From a virus (taxonomy: Duplodnaviria; Caudoviricetes), in IMG/VR virus record IMGVR_UViG_3300005512_000003: a DNA stretch of 64,000 nucleotides; one strand, given 5' to 3'. Shown here one piece after another: positions 47,686 to 57,238 of this stretch (its first letter is position 1; every line of letters starts with the position of its first letter). Position numbers and translations under genes: made by a program. The notes under the pieces are model-generated. The model saw nothing but the letters and a program-made list of their open reading frames with translations. It was not told where the DNA came from and ran no database searches.

Positions 47686-47910
47686 ATGACAAAGACACCA
47701 ATGCCTGCCATCAAAGCAAAAACCAAGTTTATTTGCGTTTCTCCCATCTCTCGCAAGGCTAAGAATCGTTTTGCTAATGAGATGTCAAACCTACATAGTT
47801 GCAAGGTAGAACAAGAAACAGAAGATATGTTTTTTCTGTCTTCTATTTCTGGTTGCTACTTTTTCTGGGTGCCTAAAACTGGTAACGAACACTGGAGGAT
47901 CGAAAAATGA
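47686..47910 (+). CDS. Cyanophage early hypothetical protein
   Basis: V.PISRKAKNRFANEM..LHSC.VEQE; follows an early promoter cassette (47635..47679). Confidence 0.75.
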   Translation: MTKTPMPAIKAKTKFICVSPISRKAKNRFANEMSNLHSCKVEQETEDMFFLSSISGCYFFWVPKTGNEHWRIEK

Positions 47911-48104
47911 AGGACCAAAACACAATTGCTGATGGAGAGTCCAAGAAAGACAAATGGAATCGAGGACTTGATATCTTTATTGAGTCCGTCATTGAACCCG
48001 ATCCTGCATTAAGAGCTTGCGCTCACAATCAAAAGTGTTATCATGAACTTATGGATGTGAGGGAAAATGTACTTCAGTATCTCAAAACTCTAAGGTGGAA
48101 CTGA
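47907..48104 (+). CDS. Hypothetical protein
   Basis: ATGA-coupled ORF; LR.CAHNQKCYHELM. Confidence 0.75.
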   Translation: MKDQNTIADGESKKDKWNRGLDIFIESVIEPDPALRACAHNQKCYHELMDVRENVLQYLKTLRWN

Positions 48105-48138
48105 GATAATTAATAAGGAACTATTCACATAACTTGAC

Positions 48139-48303
48139 ATGAATCCCGACGAAATTAGTCTCAGCACTACAAGTAGGCAGTTCACTTATGAAAAGTTGTC
48201 TCGTGAAGTAGAGAACTTGAATCTTGAACAAATCCGAGATATGTGCAAGTGCTACATTAAACTCTACCTGAAACAACAGGAATCAATCATGGGTTCTGTA
48301 TGA
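48139..48303 (+). CDS. nblA: NblA-like phycobilisome degradation protein (54 aa, not in the ORF track)
   Basis: MNPDEISLSTTSRQFTYEKLSREVENLNLEQIRDMCKCYIKLYLKQQ: size and L(S)..QF......V..(M/L)..EQ two-helix pattern of NblA. Confidence 0.5.
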   Translation: MNPDEISLSTTSRQFTYEKLSREVENLNLEQIRDMCKCYIKLYLKQQESIMGSV

Positions 48304-48434
48304 AATCCAACCTCACCCCTGTGTTAATGTTTCTGGGTGTTATCTTTGCCACTCTTTGTGTTATTGTCGCAGGGTATTTTCATGGTAATATGGATGTTAC
48401 CAAAGTCTATCACTCTCTCCACAACTTTACATGA
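48300..48434 (+). CDS. Small membrane protein (44 aa)
   Basis: MKSNLTPVLMFLGVIFATLCVIVAGYFHGNM...; ATGA overlaps on both sides. Confidence 0.65.
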   Translation: MKSNLTPVLMFLGVIFATLCVIVAGYFHGNMDVTKVYHSLHNFT

Positions 48435-48869
48435 ACCTTTCCCTGCAAGAAGTAGATCATATTCTGAAAGCACTTGAAACAATGTCATCCCATGATATTG
48501 CTCGCGCAAGAGAACATGTTGTCAATGGGGTGTCAGATCACCCAGAACTGATTCAAAAACTTAAGGACTATCGTCTTCGCCTGACTTGACATATGTGAAA
48601 GGATGGAAGTGTATCTACCTGTGAGGAAGATTGCCTCACGAATGTAAAAGCAAAAGCAGCACAGATTTTCAAGGTTGTAAGAGATAAGGCAGCTTACGAC
48701 CCTAAATATCAACAGATGAGAAAAACTTGGAGGGCATCCAAATGAGCACCCAACCATATAAACAGTCCGTCAAAACTGACTCAAGAGGTCACAAAGAAAT
48801 TTGGGAATGGCAGGAGACTCCTGAACTCCGAGAGTTCAGGGAAAAACAAGAAGCATTAAACAAAAAGTC

Positions 48870-49196
48870 GTGAGAATCGAAAAGTATTGGGGTTGGTATG
48901 AGATTCTGAATGAGGACCCACATTTAGTCGTAAAGAAGGTATTCCTCAATCCAGACTCCATATCACCCCTACAATATGAAACTCGTGTTACTAAGTACTG
49001 GACTCTGATCGAAGGATCAGGGTCTGTTTGTTTGGGGAAACCTGATAAGTCTACGTGGCAGACTATAGCAGGATCAACGTGGAAAGTTCACGATAAGATG
49101 ATGCATCAAATATCAGCATCCAAAGATGGTTTGTTGTATATTGAGATCATCTGTGGTAATATTGCTGATAACAATACAGTCGTATATGAGGTATAA
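48870..49196 (+). CDS. Cupin, mannose-6-phosphate isomerase type II C-terminal-like
   Basis: EKYWGWYEIL...VKK.FLNP....LQY...YW..IEG.G...H.I...IEI. Confidence 0.7.
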   Translation: MRIEKYWGWYEILNEDPHLVVKKVFLNPDSISPLQYETRVTKYWTLIEGSGSVCLGKPDKSTWQTIAGSTWKVHDKMMHQISASKDGLLYIEIICGNIADNNTVVYEV

Positions 49197-49198
49197 TC

Positions 49199-49387
49199 AT
49201 GGGATATACTGATTGGAATGAGTTTGAAAGATCTCTAATGCACTTTGGTACTCGCATTGATGTGATTATGGCAATGCAAATGGCTGATAAGATTTCTGAA
49301 GAAGAGGCATATCAGCAAGTCAAATCAATGTATAAAGAGTTAAAGAAAGCACACAAAAAGTTTGACAAAGATCAAGACAACAGTTAA
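49199..49387 (+). CDS. Cyanophage hypothetical protein
   Basis: FERSLMHFGTRIDVI.AMQMADKIS.EEAYQQVK. Confidence 0.75.
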   Translation: MGYTDWNEFERSLMHFGTRIDVIMAMQMADKISEEEAYQQVKSMYKELKKAHKKFDKDQDNS

Positions 49388-49414
49388 TATATAAGTGAAG
49401 ATATACCAACATCA

Positions 49415-50068
49415 ATGAAAATCTTTCTTGACACAGCAGATTTTGATGCTATTGCGACACGATATAGTACTGGACTGATTGATGGCGTCACGACAAATCC
49501 AACTCTGATTAAGAAGAGTGGTCGTGATCCTGTAGAAGTTATCAAAGAGATCTCCGAGGCATTCCCTAAAATGGAATCAATCTCTGCAGAGGTTGTTGCT
49601 GATAATGCCGCAGATATGATTGCTCAAGCAAAGGCATTTGAGGATATGGAGAATGTGACTATCAAAGTTCCGTGTACGATTGATGGTCTGCTTGCATGTC
49701 GTGATCTGTCACTGATCTATGATAAGACTGTGAATGTGACACTGATATTCTCTCCTGCTCAAGCGATTCTTGCATCAAAAGCAGGTGCAACTTATGTGTC
49801 TCCTTTTGTAGGTCGTGTGGATGATAACTCCTTCAATGGTGTTGGTCTGGTGAGAGATATTGCACAGATCTATCGTGAGCACATGGTTCGCACTCAAACA
49901 CTGGCTGCATCGATTCGTAGTGTGAATCAAGTTGCTGAGTGTTTTGCTGTGGGTGCAGAAGTTGTAACCATGCCACCAGCAATCTTTGATAAGATGTATC
50001 ATCACATTCTGACTGATAAAGGTCTGGAACTCTTTCAGAAAGACTGGGATGCAGTCACAAAGGGATAA
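49415..50068 (+). CDS. talC: Transaldolase TalC (auxiliary metabolic gene)
   Basis: IFLDTAD, GVTTNPTLI, Schiff-base lysine in TIKVP, NVTLIFS, YVSPFVGR, LAASIR. Confidence 0.97.
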   Translation: MKIFLDTADFDAIATRYSTGLIDGVTTNPTLIKKSGRDPVEVIKEISEAFPKMESISAEVVADNAADMIAQAKAFEDMENVTIKVPCTIDGLLACRDLSLIYDKTVNVTLIFSPAQAILASKAGATYVSPFVGRVDDNSFNGVGLVRDIAQIYREHMVRTQTLAASIRSVNQVAECFAVGAEVVTMPPAIFDKMYHHILTDKGLELFQKDWDAVTKG

Positions 50069-50110
50069 ATAGTCTTACCATAAATCTGTTTCAACTGGAG
50101 GTTGATCCTA

Positions 50111-50386
50111 ATGGCATTCACAGAAAGACACGAACACAAACTAGAAATCATTCCACCATACAATACTATTCAATGTCGTAGAGCAGATATTATTGAAAAA
50201 GATGGTAAAGAAGTTGGTAGAACATATCACCGTCATGTTAGAGTTCCTGGTAGTGATGTCTCAGAAGATTGTGCAGAACTTCAAGCAGTCGCAGCAGCAT
50301 TGTGGACTGAAGAAGTGATTGCAGCATATCAAGCATCTGTTGCAGAACAAAATCCTGCTAGCCCTGTTGGTATTGCATCGACTTAA
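50111..50386 (+). CDS. Small fibre-associated protein
   Basis: IQCRRADIIEKDG.EV.RTYHRHV..PG.DVS...VAAALWT.EVIAAY; late promoter upstream. Confidence 0.65.
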   Translation: MAFTERHEHKLEIIPPYNTIQCRRADIIEKDGKEVGRTYHRHVRVPGSDVSEDCAELQAVAAALWTEEVIAAYQASVAEQNPASPVGIAST

Positions 50387-50420
50387 TAAATAGTCTTACT
50401 GATTCATAGTAAGACTATAA

Positions 50421-51692
50421 ATGGCGCTGACAAAAGTTGATGGTAACCAAATTAAAACGCCGATAGGTATTGGAACTCAGAGTCCATCTACAACAATACA
50501 TTTAGTTGATAGTGTTCCTACCATTAGATTTGAAGATACTGAACAGGGACCAACTGTTTATGGGTCAGTTGGTGGTAATGGTGGAAATGTTATTTTAAAA
50601 GCAGATGAAGAAAATGCATCTGGTTCTACCAGGATTGCATTTGAAATCGATGGAAGTGAAAAACTTCGTGTAGATTCCGATGGTAATGTCGCCATCGGAA
50701 CTGATACAACTACATATGCTTTAGAAGTATATAAACAACAAAATGCAGGAACAACAGTTGAAATAAACAATCAAAATACTCAAGCAAGCGCACATTGCAG
50801 ATTAGGACTGGATGCTGATGTTGCATCACTAAATTTGTATTCTCATGGATCTGGAAGATCTTTAACAAGATATGAAACTGTTTTAAATGAATGGTCTGAG
50901 ATATCAAACACTGCTGGAAATGGTATTGTAATAGGAACACAAAGCCAAGTTCCTATTGTGTTTGGAACTAATGATAACTTGAGAGTTGTTATCAACGGAG
51001 ATAATGGATATGTTGGAGTTGGTACAACAAATGCAGATTCTCCAGTTCACTTAGAAAATACTGGTCCTGCAATAACTTTTGTTGATACAGATGACGCAAC
51101 AAAATCAAGATTAAGATATAATACTCCAAATCTTATCCTTGAAGCAGATATTAATAATGGTGCAGCAGATAGTAGAATATCATTTAGAATTGATGATGCC
51201 ACCACTTCTGGAGAAGTATTTGCAGTTGACTCTGCTGGAGTTTATTTTAATGAGAGCACTAGTGCCTTTCAATCTTATGAAGAAGGTACATGGACTCCAG
51301 TACCCTCTGATGCAAATTCTGGGGGAAACACTGCGTCTGGAACTTTTAATGGTTACTATATCCGAATAGGAGACATGGTATACATTAGTTGTGATCTTAC
51401 TAATATTGATACAACTGGAATGACGGGTGGAAACAACTTTTTTATTCAAGGATTGCCATTTAGTGGTGCAGTATCACAAACTGGAAGTATAAGGCATACT
51501 GGAATGGTTGATGCAACATTTATAACATACACTGGATCTTATCTTGCGGCATCGGCTCAAGATAATACTGATTATATTAGGATATTCGTGCAGGATAATA
51601 CTGGAGGAAACTCTAATGTAATGGATGTCAATGCAATCACTACCAGCGGATCATCAGATATTCGACTTAGTTTGTGGTATCAAACTGATTAG
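50421..51692 (+). CDS. Tail fibre protein
   Basis: MALTKV start; GIGT repeats; C-terminal YEEGTWTP...G.Y.RIG..V...GLPF tip domain. Confidence 0.8.
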   Translation: MALTKVDGNQIKTPIGIGTQSPSTTIHLVDSVPTIRFEDTEQGPTVYGSVGGNGGNVILKADEENASGSTRIAFEIDGSEKLRVDSDGNVAIGTDTTTYALEVYKQQNAGTTVEINNQNTQASAHCRLGLDADVASLNLYSHGSGRSLTRYETVLNEWSEISNTAGNGIVIGTQSQVPIVFGTNDNLRVVINGDNGYVGVGTTNADSPVHLENTGPAITFVDTDDATKSRLRYNTPNLILEADINNGAADSRISFRIDDATTSGEVFAVDSAGVYFNESTSAFQSYEEGTWTPVPSDANSGGNTASGTFNGYYIRIGDMVYISCDLTNIDTTGMTGGNNFFIQGLPFSGAVSQTGSIRHTGMVDATFITYTGSYLAASAQDNTDYIRIFVQDNTGGNSNVMDVNAITTSGSSDIRLSLWYQTD

Positions 51693-51727
51693 ATAAATAA
51701 ATAAAACAAAGACTTAGAAGGAACAAA

Positions 51728-53428
51728 ATGGCTGATCGTTATCCATTAGTAGTTGCATCTGGAGTTCTACAAGAGATTCCAAGTGGTGATAATATAAATC
51801 TGACAGGTGCTGGTCTTACAAACGCTGTTTCTATTGCTACAACAACACTCACTGTTGCTGATGTAGATATCACTCCTATTACTGGTGTTACTACTTATTA
51901 TGTAACTACTGCAGGAAATGATAGAACTGGAGATGGATCTGCCTCAAACCCATGGGCAACTCCACATAAAGCTATCCAAAATTTAAGAAACAGAAAAATA
52001 TCACTTAGCGGTTCATACGGTAAAGTAACTGTCGATGTTGGTGTTGGTACATATAGATTTGGTTTAAATCAAACTGCTGCTGGAACTGACTATGAAAACA
52101 AAACATATCTTTTAAGCGGTGGGTCTGGAACGGGTGCAGTTGTTGCTATTACAACCACTACGAGTGGTGCTGTAGTTCAGGCAAAACTTCTTGATGGGGG
52201 AACAGGATATCTTGCTTCTGACACTTTAGGAATCACAACAACCATTGGTTCTGGTGCTCAGTTTGGTATTTTCCATGTTGGAGACTCTGGAGAAATTTTA
52301 GGGGAACTTAGAGTTGATCACCCAGATGGAGATGCTATTCTTATAACTGGTGGTGCAGTAACTGGAACGAAACCAGGACTACGAGGTAATCATTTCTATA
52401 ATCAATGTGGTGTAGGTATTGGATCTGATCCTGCAGGAACAGGTACATCATTTGAATGGTCAAGTCTTTATGATTCAACATCCCCAGCTGGTGCATATCC
52501 AAATCCAATGGTAGATGGTGTTGGTAACTCTGAAACATCTGAAGTTTATAATAGAGGAATCTTAGAAGCATACTATGGTTCTAGATTATATTTTCACGGA
52601 TGTAATGGATTTGCAAGTAATGGAGTTCCTGCAAAACTAGATAAACTTCTTGCTGTTGGGTTTAGAGCAGATGGAAAGATGTTGAACTCTGCTGGAGCAG
52701 CAACAACTGTTGTTACTGCATATTATGGAGCAGCAAATCGTATTGAATCTGACGCATCTATTGAAGATGATGCAACAGTTGAAGAAAACAATCTTTCATC
52801 AGACTCTTACAGTACTCAAGGATCATTTAACTTTGGTCCTGATATTTCTATTCATGGATTTTATAGATCTGTGATTATGGATGGTGGAATCTTGGATGGA
52901 GCATATACTACATTTACAAACGCTAACTATATTGGTGTAGCAGGTAATGTTGGATCACATATAAAAATTGGTCGTGGGAGAATATTGAACTGTAGATCAA
53001 ACTTGATTAATGCATCTACAGCAAGAGTTTCTGCTCAATCCTGTTTTATAAGCAACTCTGCTGTTAATGGAGTAGCAGGATCTTATAATGGATTTGTAAA
53101 CTTACAATCTACTCTGGAAGAAACACTTGTATCTTATGGTGCTTCAACTGTTATTGCAAACAATAGAAACCATGGAGTTGTTATGAGATATGGTGCAACT
53201 GCAAGAGTTGTTGCAACTTCACTTTCTGATAACATATATGTTTATGGTAATGGAAGTTCTGTGGATCGCGCTCAGTTAGAGGTTGCAAATATGGCATCTA
53301 TTCATGTCACTAATCCCGAAAAAGTCATAGTTGCAACTTCTTCTGGAGCTGGCGCAACTACAAGTCCTGGATATGGTGTCACTGGTAACTTTAACTCTAT
53401 TATTACATCTTATACTGCTGGTGCGTGA
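51728..53428 (+). CDS. Tailspike-like beta-helix protein with MADRYPL anchor
   Basis: YYVTTAGND..GDGS...PWAT..KA; paralog of 42971..44710. Confidence 0.72.
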   Translation: MADRYPLVVASGVLQEIPSGDNINLTGAGLTNAVSIATTTLTVADVDITPITGVTTYYVTTAGNDRTGDGSASNPWATPHKAIQNLRNRKISLSGSYGKVTVDVGVGTYRFGLNQTAAGTDYENKTYLLSGGSGTGAVVAITTTTSGAVVQAKLLDGGTGYLASDTLGITTTIGSGAQFGIFHVGDSGEILGELRVDHPDGDAILITGGAVTGTKPGLRGNHFYNQCGVGIGSDPAGTGTSFEWSSLYDSTSPAGAYPNPMVDGVGNSETSEVYNRGILEAYYGSRLYFHGCNGFASNGVPAKLDKLLAVGFRADGKMLNSAGAATTVVTAYYGAANRIESDASIEDDATVEENNLSSDSYSTQGSFNFGPDISIHGFYRSVIMDGGILDGAYTTFTNANYIGVAGNVGSHIKIGRGRILNCRSNLINASTARVSAQSCFISNSAVNGVAGSYNGFVNLQSTLEETLVSYGASTVIANNRNHGVVMRYGATARVVATSLSDNIYVYGNGSSVDRAQLEVANMASIHVTNPEKVIVATSSGAGATTSPGYGVTGNFNSIITSYTAGA

Positions 53429-53439
53429 TATAAAATCTC

Positions 53440-53468
53440 AAAAGACCCTCTACCGAGGGTCTTTTTTT
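53440..53468 (+). terminator. Rho-independent terminator
   Basis: AAAAGACCCTC-TACC-GAGGGTCTTTTTTT. Confidence 0.85.
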
Positions 53469-53510
53469 ATGCCTAAATACCCATGAATCCTGAATACATG
53501 AATAGGAACA

Positions 53511-53723
53511 ATGACTGAACAACAACAGCATCTTCAACAAGTTCTTGAACAGCAACAACAACTCGCAGCAGAGTTTGAAGAACTTCAAAGACAAATGACT
53601 TCAAAGAGAGAACTTTTTATCAAACTTCAAGGGATTGCAGAGTATCTTCAGCAGACTGGTGTAACTCTTCCTACTGAAGAAGAAGTTGCAACTCCAGAAG
53701 TAGAAGTTCAGACTGCTGAGTGA
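53511..53723 (+). CDS. Small coiled-coil protein
   Basis: Gln/Glu-rich heptads; CTAAATA upstream. Confidence 0.7.
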   Translation: MTEQQQHLQQVLEQQQQLAAEFEELQRQMTSKRELFIKLQGIAEYLQQTGVTLPTEEEVATPEVEVQTAE

Positions 53724-53755
53724 CATAAATTATTAAATAAGACTTGGTAAAATAA

Positions 53756-55900
53756 ATGGCAATCACCAGAGCGACAAACCTTGCAGGATTGGGAACAGTT
53801 TTTGATGCTCTCACTGATGGTGGAGGTTTGTCGATCTCTGGATTGTCAACTTTTTCAGCACCATTTCATGTTGGTTTTGGTGGAACTGTTATAACAACTA
53901 CTGATGCTGGTTTGGTTGGTATTGGAAGCACAATTCCCACGAGACCATTAGATATTCTTAAAGAAGATGAGATACTTTTAAATCTAGCAAGAACAACATC
54001 TTCAAGTGGAGTCCAAGCAAATCTTGAGATTAAAGCTATAACTAGTGCCTCTATTACTGAAAGAACAGAATCTTTTGGTCCTTCTATTATTGGTAGATAT
54101 ACCGACTCTTCTAATACGGGTCGGAATCTTGGATCTATTATCTTTAAAAGAGAGGAAAGTGGAGTTAATGGTGAAATACTTTTAAGAACTTATGCCAATA
54201 CAGCAACAAGTGAAGTAAGTATTGATTCTACAGGAGCAGTTGGAATAGGATCATCTTCAACTGGAGCAAGATTGTTTGCTATAGATGATGGTAGTAGTCC
54301 AATCGCTGCACCAATAGCAAATTTTGAAAGAGTAAACAATCATATTCCTTCTACTAACCTAGATCCTAATCTTTCTACTTTAAGACTTAAAGATCATAGT
54401 GACAATGTGATCATTCATGCAACTAATCAGACTATCAAACCATTATTTACTTTAAATGGTCAGGGACAAGTTGGTGTAGGAACAACTAGCCCATTTAAAG
54501 GTACAATGGCCAATTTAACTGGATTGGATTGTCATGGAGAACTATGGATAGGGGGTGCTCCAGATTTACCATCAGTACCTCAATATTCTACTCTAAGATT
54601 TAGAAACGCTACAGTTGGGCAAGAATATGCAACTATTAGAATAGGTAGTGACGAGAGATTGTATACTGAAGTTTCTGGTCAAGAAAGATTATCAATAGAT
54701 ACAACTGGAAATATAATTGCAAATACTGGAAATGGTAATGTCGGAATCGCAACTACGCTTTCAAAAATATCATCTTTTACAAGACTTAATATAAAAGGTG
54801 GACTTGAAATATCTCAAGATACTTCATCTAGTTTCTTATTGTCAAGAGAAAGTGGCGGACAAATGACATGTGAACATGTATTTGCTTCCAGTTCTAACTC
54901 TCCAAACTATACTTTTGGTCAAAACTTATTATGGACTGGAGAACTAGCAGGAGTAACAGTAAGAGATGGTAACCCTTATTATGAAAACTATGCACCAGTA
55001 TCTGGAAAAAAAGAGTTTGGATTTATATCTGCAGCAACAAAAGATACCTCATTTACTTCAGGTAATCTCATTAAAGTTTTAGTATTAACTGATGATAATA
55101 GAATCGGAGTTAAGCATGATGATCCAAACTCTGCTATTGACTTGGCAGGAACTGATGATGAAATAAGATGGTATAGAGATGACCGAGCTCGGTATGGTGG
55201 CATCAGATATAATGGAAGTAACTTTATTATAAAACAACCATTTGGAGATAACTTACAAGTTACTGACAGTTCAGACTCTATGATTTTTCAGATTAGTAGC
55301 ACTGGTATTATTAACACCTTACCAACTGCAAATGATACAACAGCAAATGCAGCAAATGTTTTTATCAGCTCAGTTAATGGACAATTAAGTAGATCTACAT
55401 CTTCTATTAGATATAAAACTCAAGTTGAAGATTTAGAATCATCAAGATCTGATGCAATATTAGGATTAAGACCTGTTTGGTATCGATCTACGACTTCTAA
55501 TGATAATCAAAACTGGTCTTGGTATGGATTGATTGCAGAGGAGGTTGCAGAAATCGAACCAAGATTAGTATTTTGGGGACATCATGATTCAGACTATGAA
55601 GAGGTTTTAGAACAGACAGTTGATTCTGATGGAGTTCCTCAGTTCAAGGTTGAAAATGTAAAAATTATTGGTATTGGAACAACTGGGGAAACAGTTGTTG
55701 GTATTGGAACAACATTAGTTCCTGTAATGTCAAAAGTTAAAAAAGTTAAGGAAGGTGTGGAAGAAAGTCCTCAAGGTGTTCAATATGATAGATTGACTGT
55801 TTTACTTCTTGATGTCATAAAAAGACAAAAAATAGAACTAGATGATTTAAAATCAAAAGTGCAAGTTATTGCAACCCAAGTTGGTATTGCGTCAACTTAA
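53756..55900 (+). CDS. Tail fibre with C-terminal S74-like intramolecular chaperone
   Basis: RSTSSIRYKT.VEDL...LRPVWY...YGLIAEEVAEIEPRLV...VQYDRL. Confidence 0.82.
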   Translation: MAITRATNLAGLGTVFDALTDGGGLSISGLSTFSAPFHVGFGGTVITTTDAGLVGIGSTIPTRPLDILKEDEILLNLARTTSSSGVQANLEIKAITSASITERTESFGPSIIGRYTDSSNTGRNLGSIIFKREESGVNGEILLRTYANTATSEVSIDSTGAVGIGSSSTGARLFAIDDGSSPIAAPIANFERVNNHIPSTNLDPNLSTLRLKDHSDNVIIHATNQTIKPLFTLNGQGQVGVGTTSPFKGTMANLTGLDCHGELWIGGAPDLPSVPQYSTLRFRNATVGQEYATIRIGSDERLYTEVSGQERLSIDTTGNIIANTGNGNVGIATTLSKISSFTRLNIKGGLEISQDTSSSFLLSRESGGQMTCEHVFASSSNSPNYTFGQNLLWTGELAGVTVRDGNPYYENYAPVSGKKEFGFISAATKDTSFTSGNLIKVLVLTDDNRIGVKHDDPNSAIDLAGTDDEIRWYRDDRARYGGIRYNGSNFIIKQPFGDNLQVTDSSDSMIFQISSTGIINTLPTANDTTANAANVFISSVNGQLSRSTSSIRYKTQVEDLESSRSDAILGLRPVWYRSTTSNDNQNWSWYGLIAEEVAEIEPRLVFWGHHDSDYEEVLEQTVDSDGVPQFKVENVKIIGIGTTGETVVGIGTTLVPVMSKVKKVKEGVEESPQGVQYDRLTVLLLDVIKRQKIELDDLKSKVQVIATQVGIAST

Positions 55901-55943
55901 GATTAAAACTTATAAATAACTAGAAACAAAGTAACAGAGAAAA

Positions 55944-57224
55944 ATGGCGGATCGTTATCCATTAGTTGTAGATTCATCTAACTTTAGAATCGAAGAACTA
56001 CCAGCAGGAGATAGTTTAGATTTTTCTGGTGCATCTATCAAGAGTGCTTCTATCACTGGTCCTTGCACAGTTACAGGATCTACATCAGATTTTGAGTCTC
56101 CTCTTCTTAGAATTACTCAAACTGGTAATGGACATGCTCTTTTAGTTGAGGATGACACGCATCCAGATACAACACCAGGTCTTGTTATTTCTGGTGTTGG
56201 ATCTTGTGGTATCGGAACAACGATTCCTTCTGCTAGATTTGATGTTAGATTGCAATCCAATGCAGGATTTGCATATACCACCAATCCTGTTGGACAAAAT
56301 GTAAATGATAGAATCACTGCTGCTATATTCGGTAATCTTGGTACTTTAGGAAATGATAATAATATAGAAACCCAAATAGGTATAGCTGCTGGTAGAACAG
56401 GTCAGGCAGTATATACTCTTGGCGTTAAAAAGACCGATGGAAATATTGGCAATTTTAACATGAGAAGATCCATTGGAAGTGGATCTACGGATTTCATGAC
56501 TGTTGTTGGAACTGCCACCAGCGCACAAATTGGTATTGGAACCACTCAACCAAAAGGAGTTATTGATATTTTCTGTAATCCAGGTGACACTGCAATCACA
56601 TTAAGTGGTAGTGGACTTGAAAATGATAGATTTGGTCAAATTAAGTTTGACTCACAAGCAATGACTCTTATAGCACCATCTGATGGTGATAACATTCGAC
56701 TCATTGCTCAAAATAATGTAGGTAGAGTCGAACTTTGGACAGCAGAAACACAAGTTTCTGCGGCTGCTTCTGTTAGAGTTGCAATTAGCACTGTAGGTAT
56801 TGTTACTTTCTTCCAAACGTATAACTATACAACTGCTTCTGCAGCAAATATGGTTATTGAGTCAAATGGAGAGATTAAGAGATCTACCTCATCGGCAAGA
56901 TACAAAACAAATATCAATAATGTTACAGATGAAGAATCAAAATCTGTTCTGAGTTTCAGACCAGTAACATATCAATCAAAAGATAATGCTGATGATTTGG
57001 ATGCGACTTGGTTTGGTTTGATTGCAGAAGAGGTTGCAGAAATCGAACCAAGACTTGTTAGTTATGGGTATAGCGAAGATGCTTGGGATCTTATAGACGG
57101 AAGAAAAGTTCTCAAAGAAGGTGCAGAAAAAGTTCCACAGGGTGTAATGTATGATAAGATCGTAGTTCTGTTGATTGATAGAATCAAAAAGTTAGAAGCA
57201 AGATTAGAGTCTGCTGGTCTCTGA
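55944..57224 (+). CDS. Tail fibre with MADRYPL anchor and S74-like chaperone
   Basis: MADRYPLVVDSS; RSTSSARYKTNI...FGLIAEEVAEIEPRLV...VMYDKI. Confidence 0.82.
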   Translation: MADRYPLVVDSSNFRIEELPAGDSLDFSGASIKSASITGPCTVTGSTSDFESPLLRITQTGNGHALLVEDDTHPDTTPGLVISGVGSCGIGTTIPSARFDVRLQSNAGFAYTTNPVGQNVNDRITAAIFGNLGTLGNDNNIETQIGIAAGRTGQAVYTLGVKKTDGNIGNFNMRRSIGSGSTDFMTVVGTATSAQIGIGTTQPKGVIDIFCNPGDTAITLSGSGLENDRFGQIKFDSQAMTLIAPSDGDNIRLIAQNNVGRVELWTAETQVSAAASVRVAISTVGIVTFFQTYNYTTASAANMVIESNGEIKRSTSSARYKTNINNVTDEESKSVLSFRPVTYQSKDNADDLDATWFGLIAEEVAEIEPRLVSYGYSEDAWDLIDGRKVLKEGAEKVPQGVMYDKIVVLLIDRIKKLEARLESAGL

Positions 57225-57238
57225 TCAGACACTCTAAG

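Noticed and set aside
21551-57224. Diversity-generating retroelement or invertible shufflon acting on the fibre genes
   Set aside because: No reverse transcriptase or recombinase in the window, no adenine-specific TR/VR pair seen, and all fibre genes are on one strand. Shared segments (e.g. ~55531-55566 versus ~57020-57055) are ordinary paralogy.
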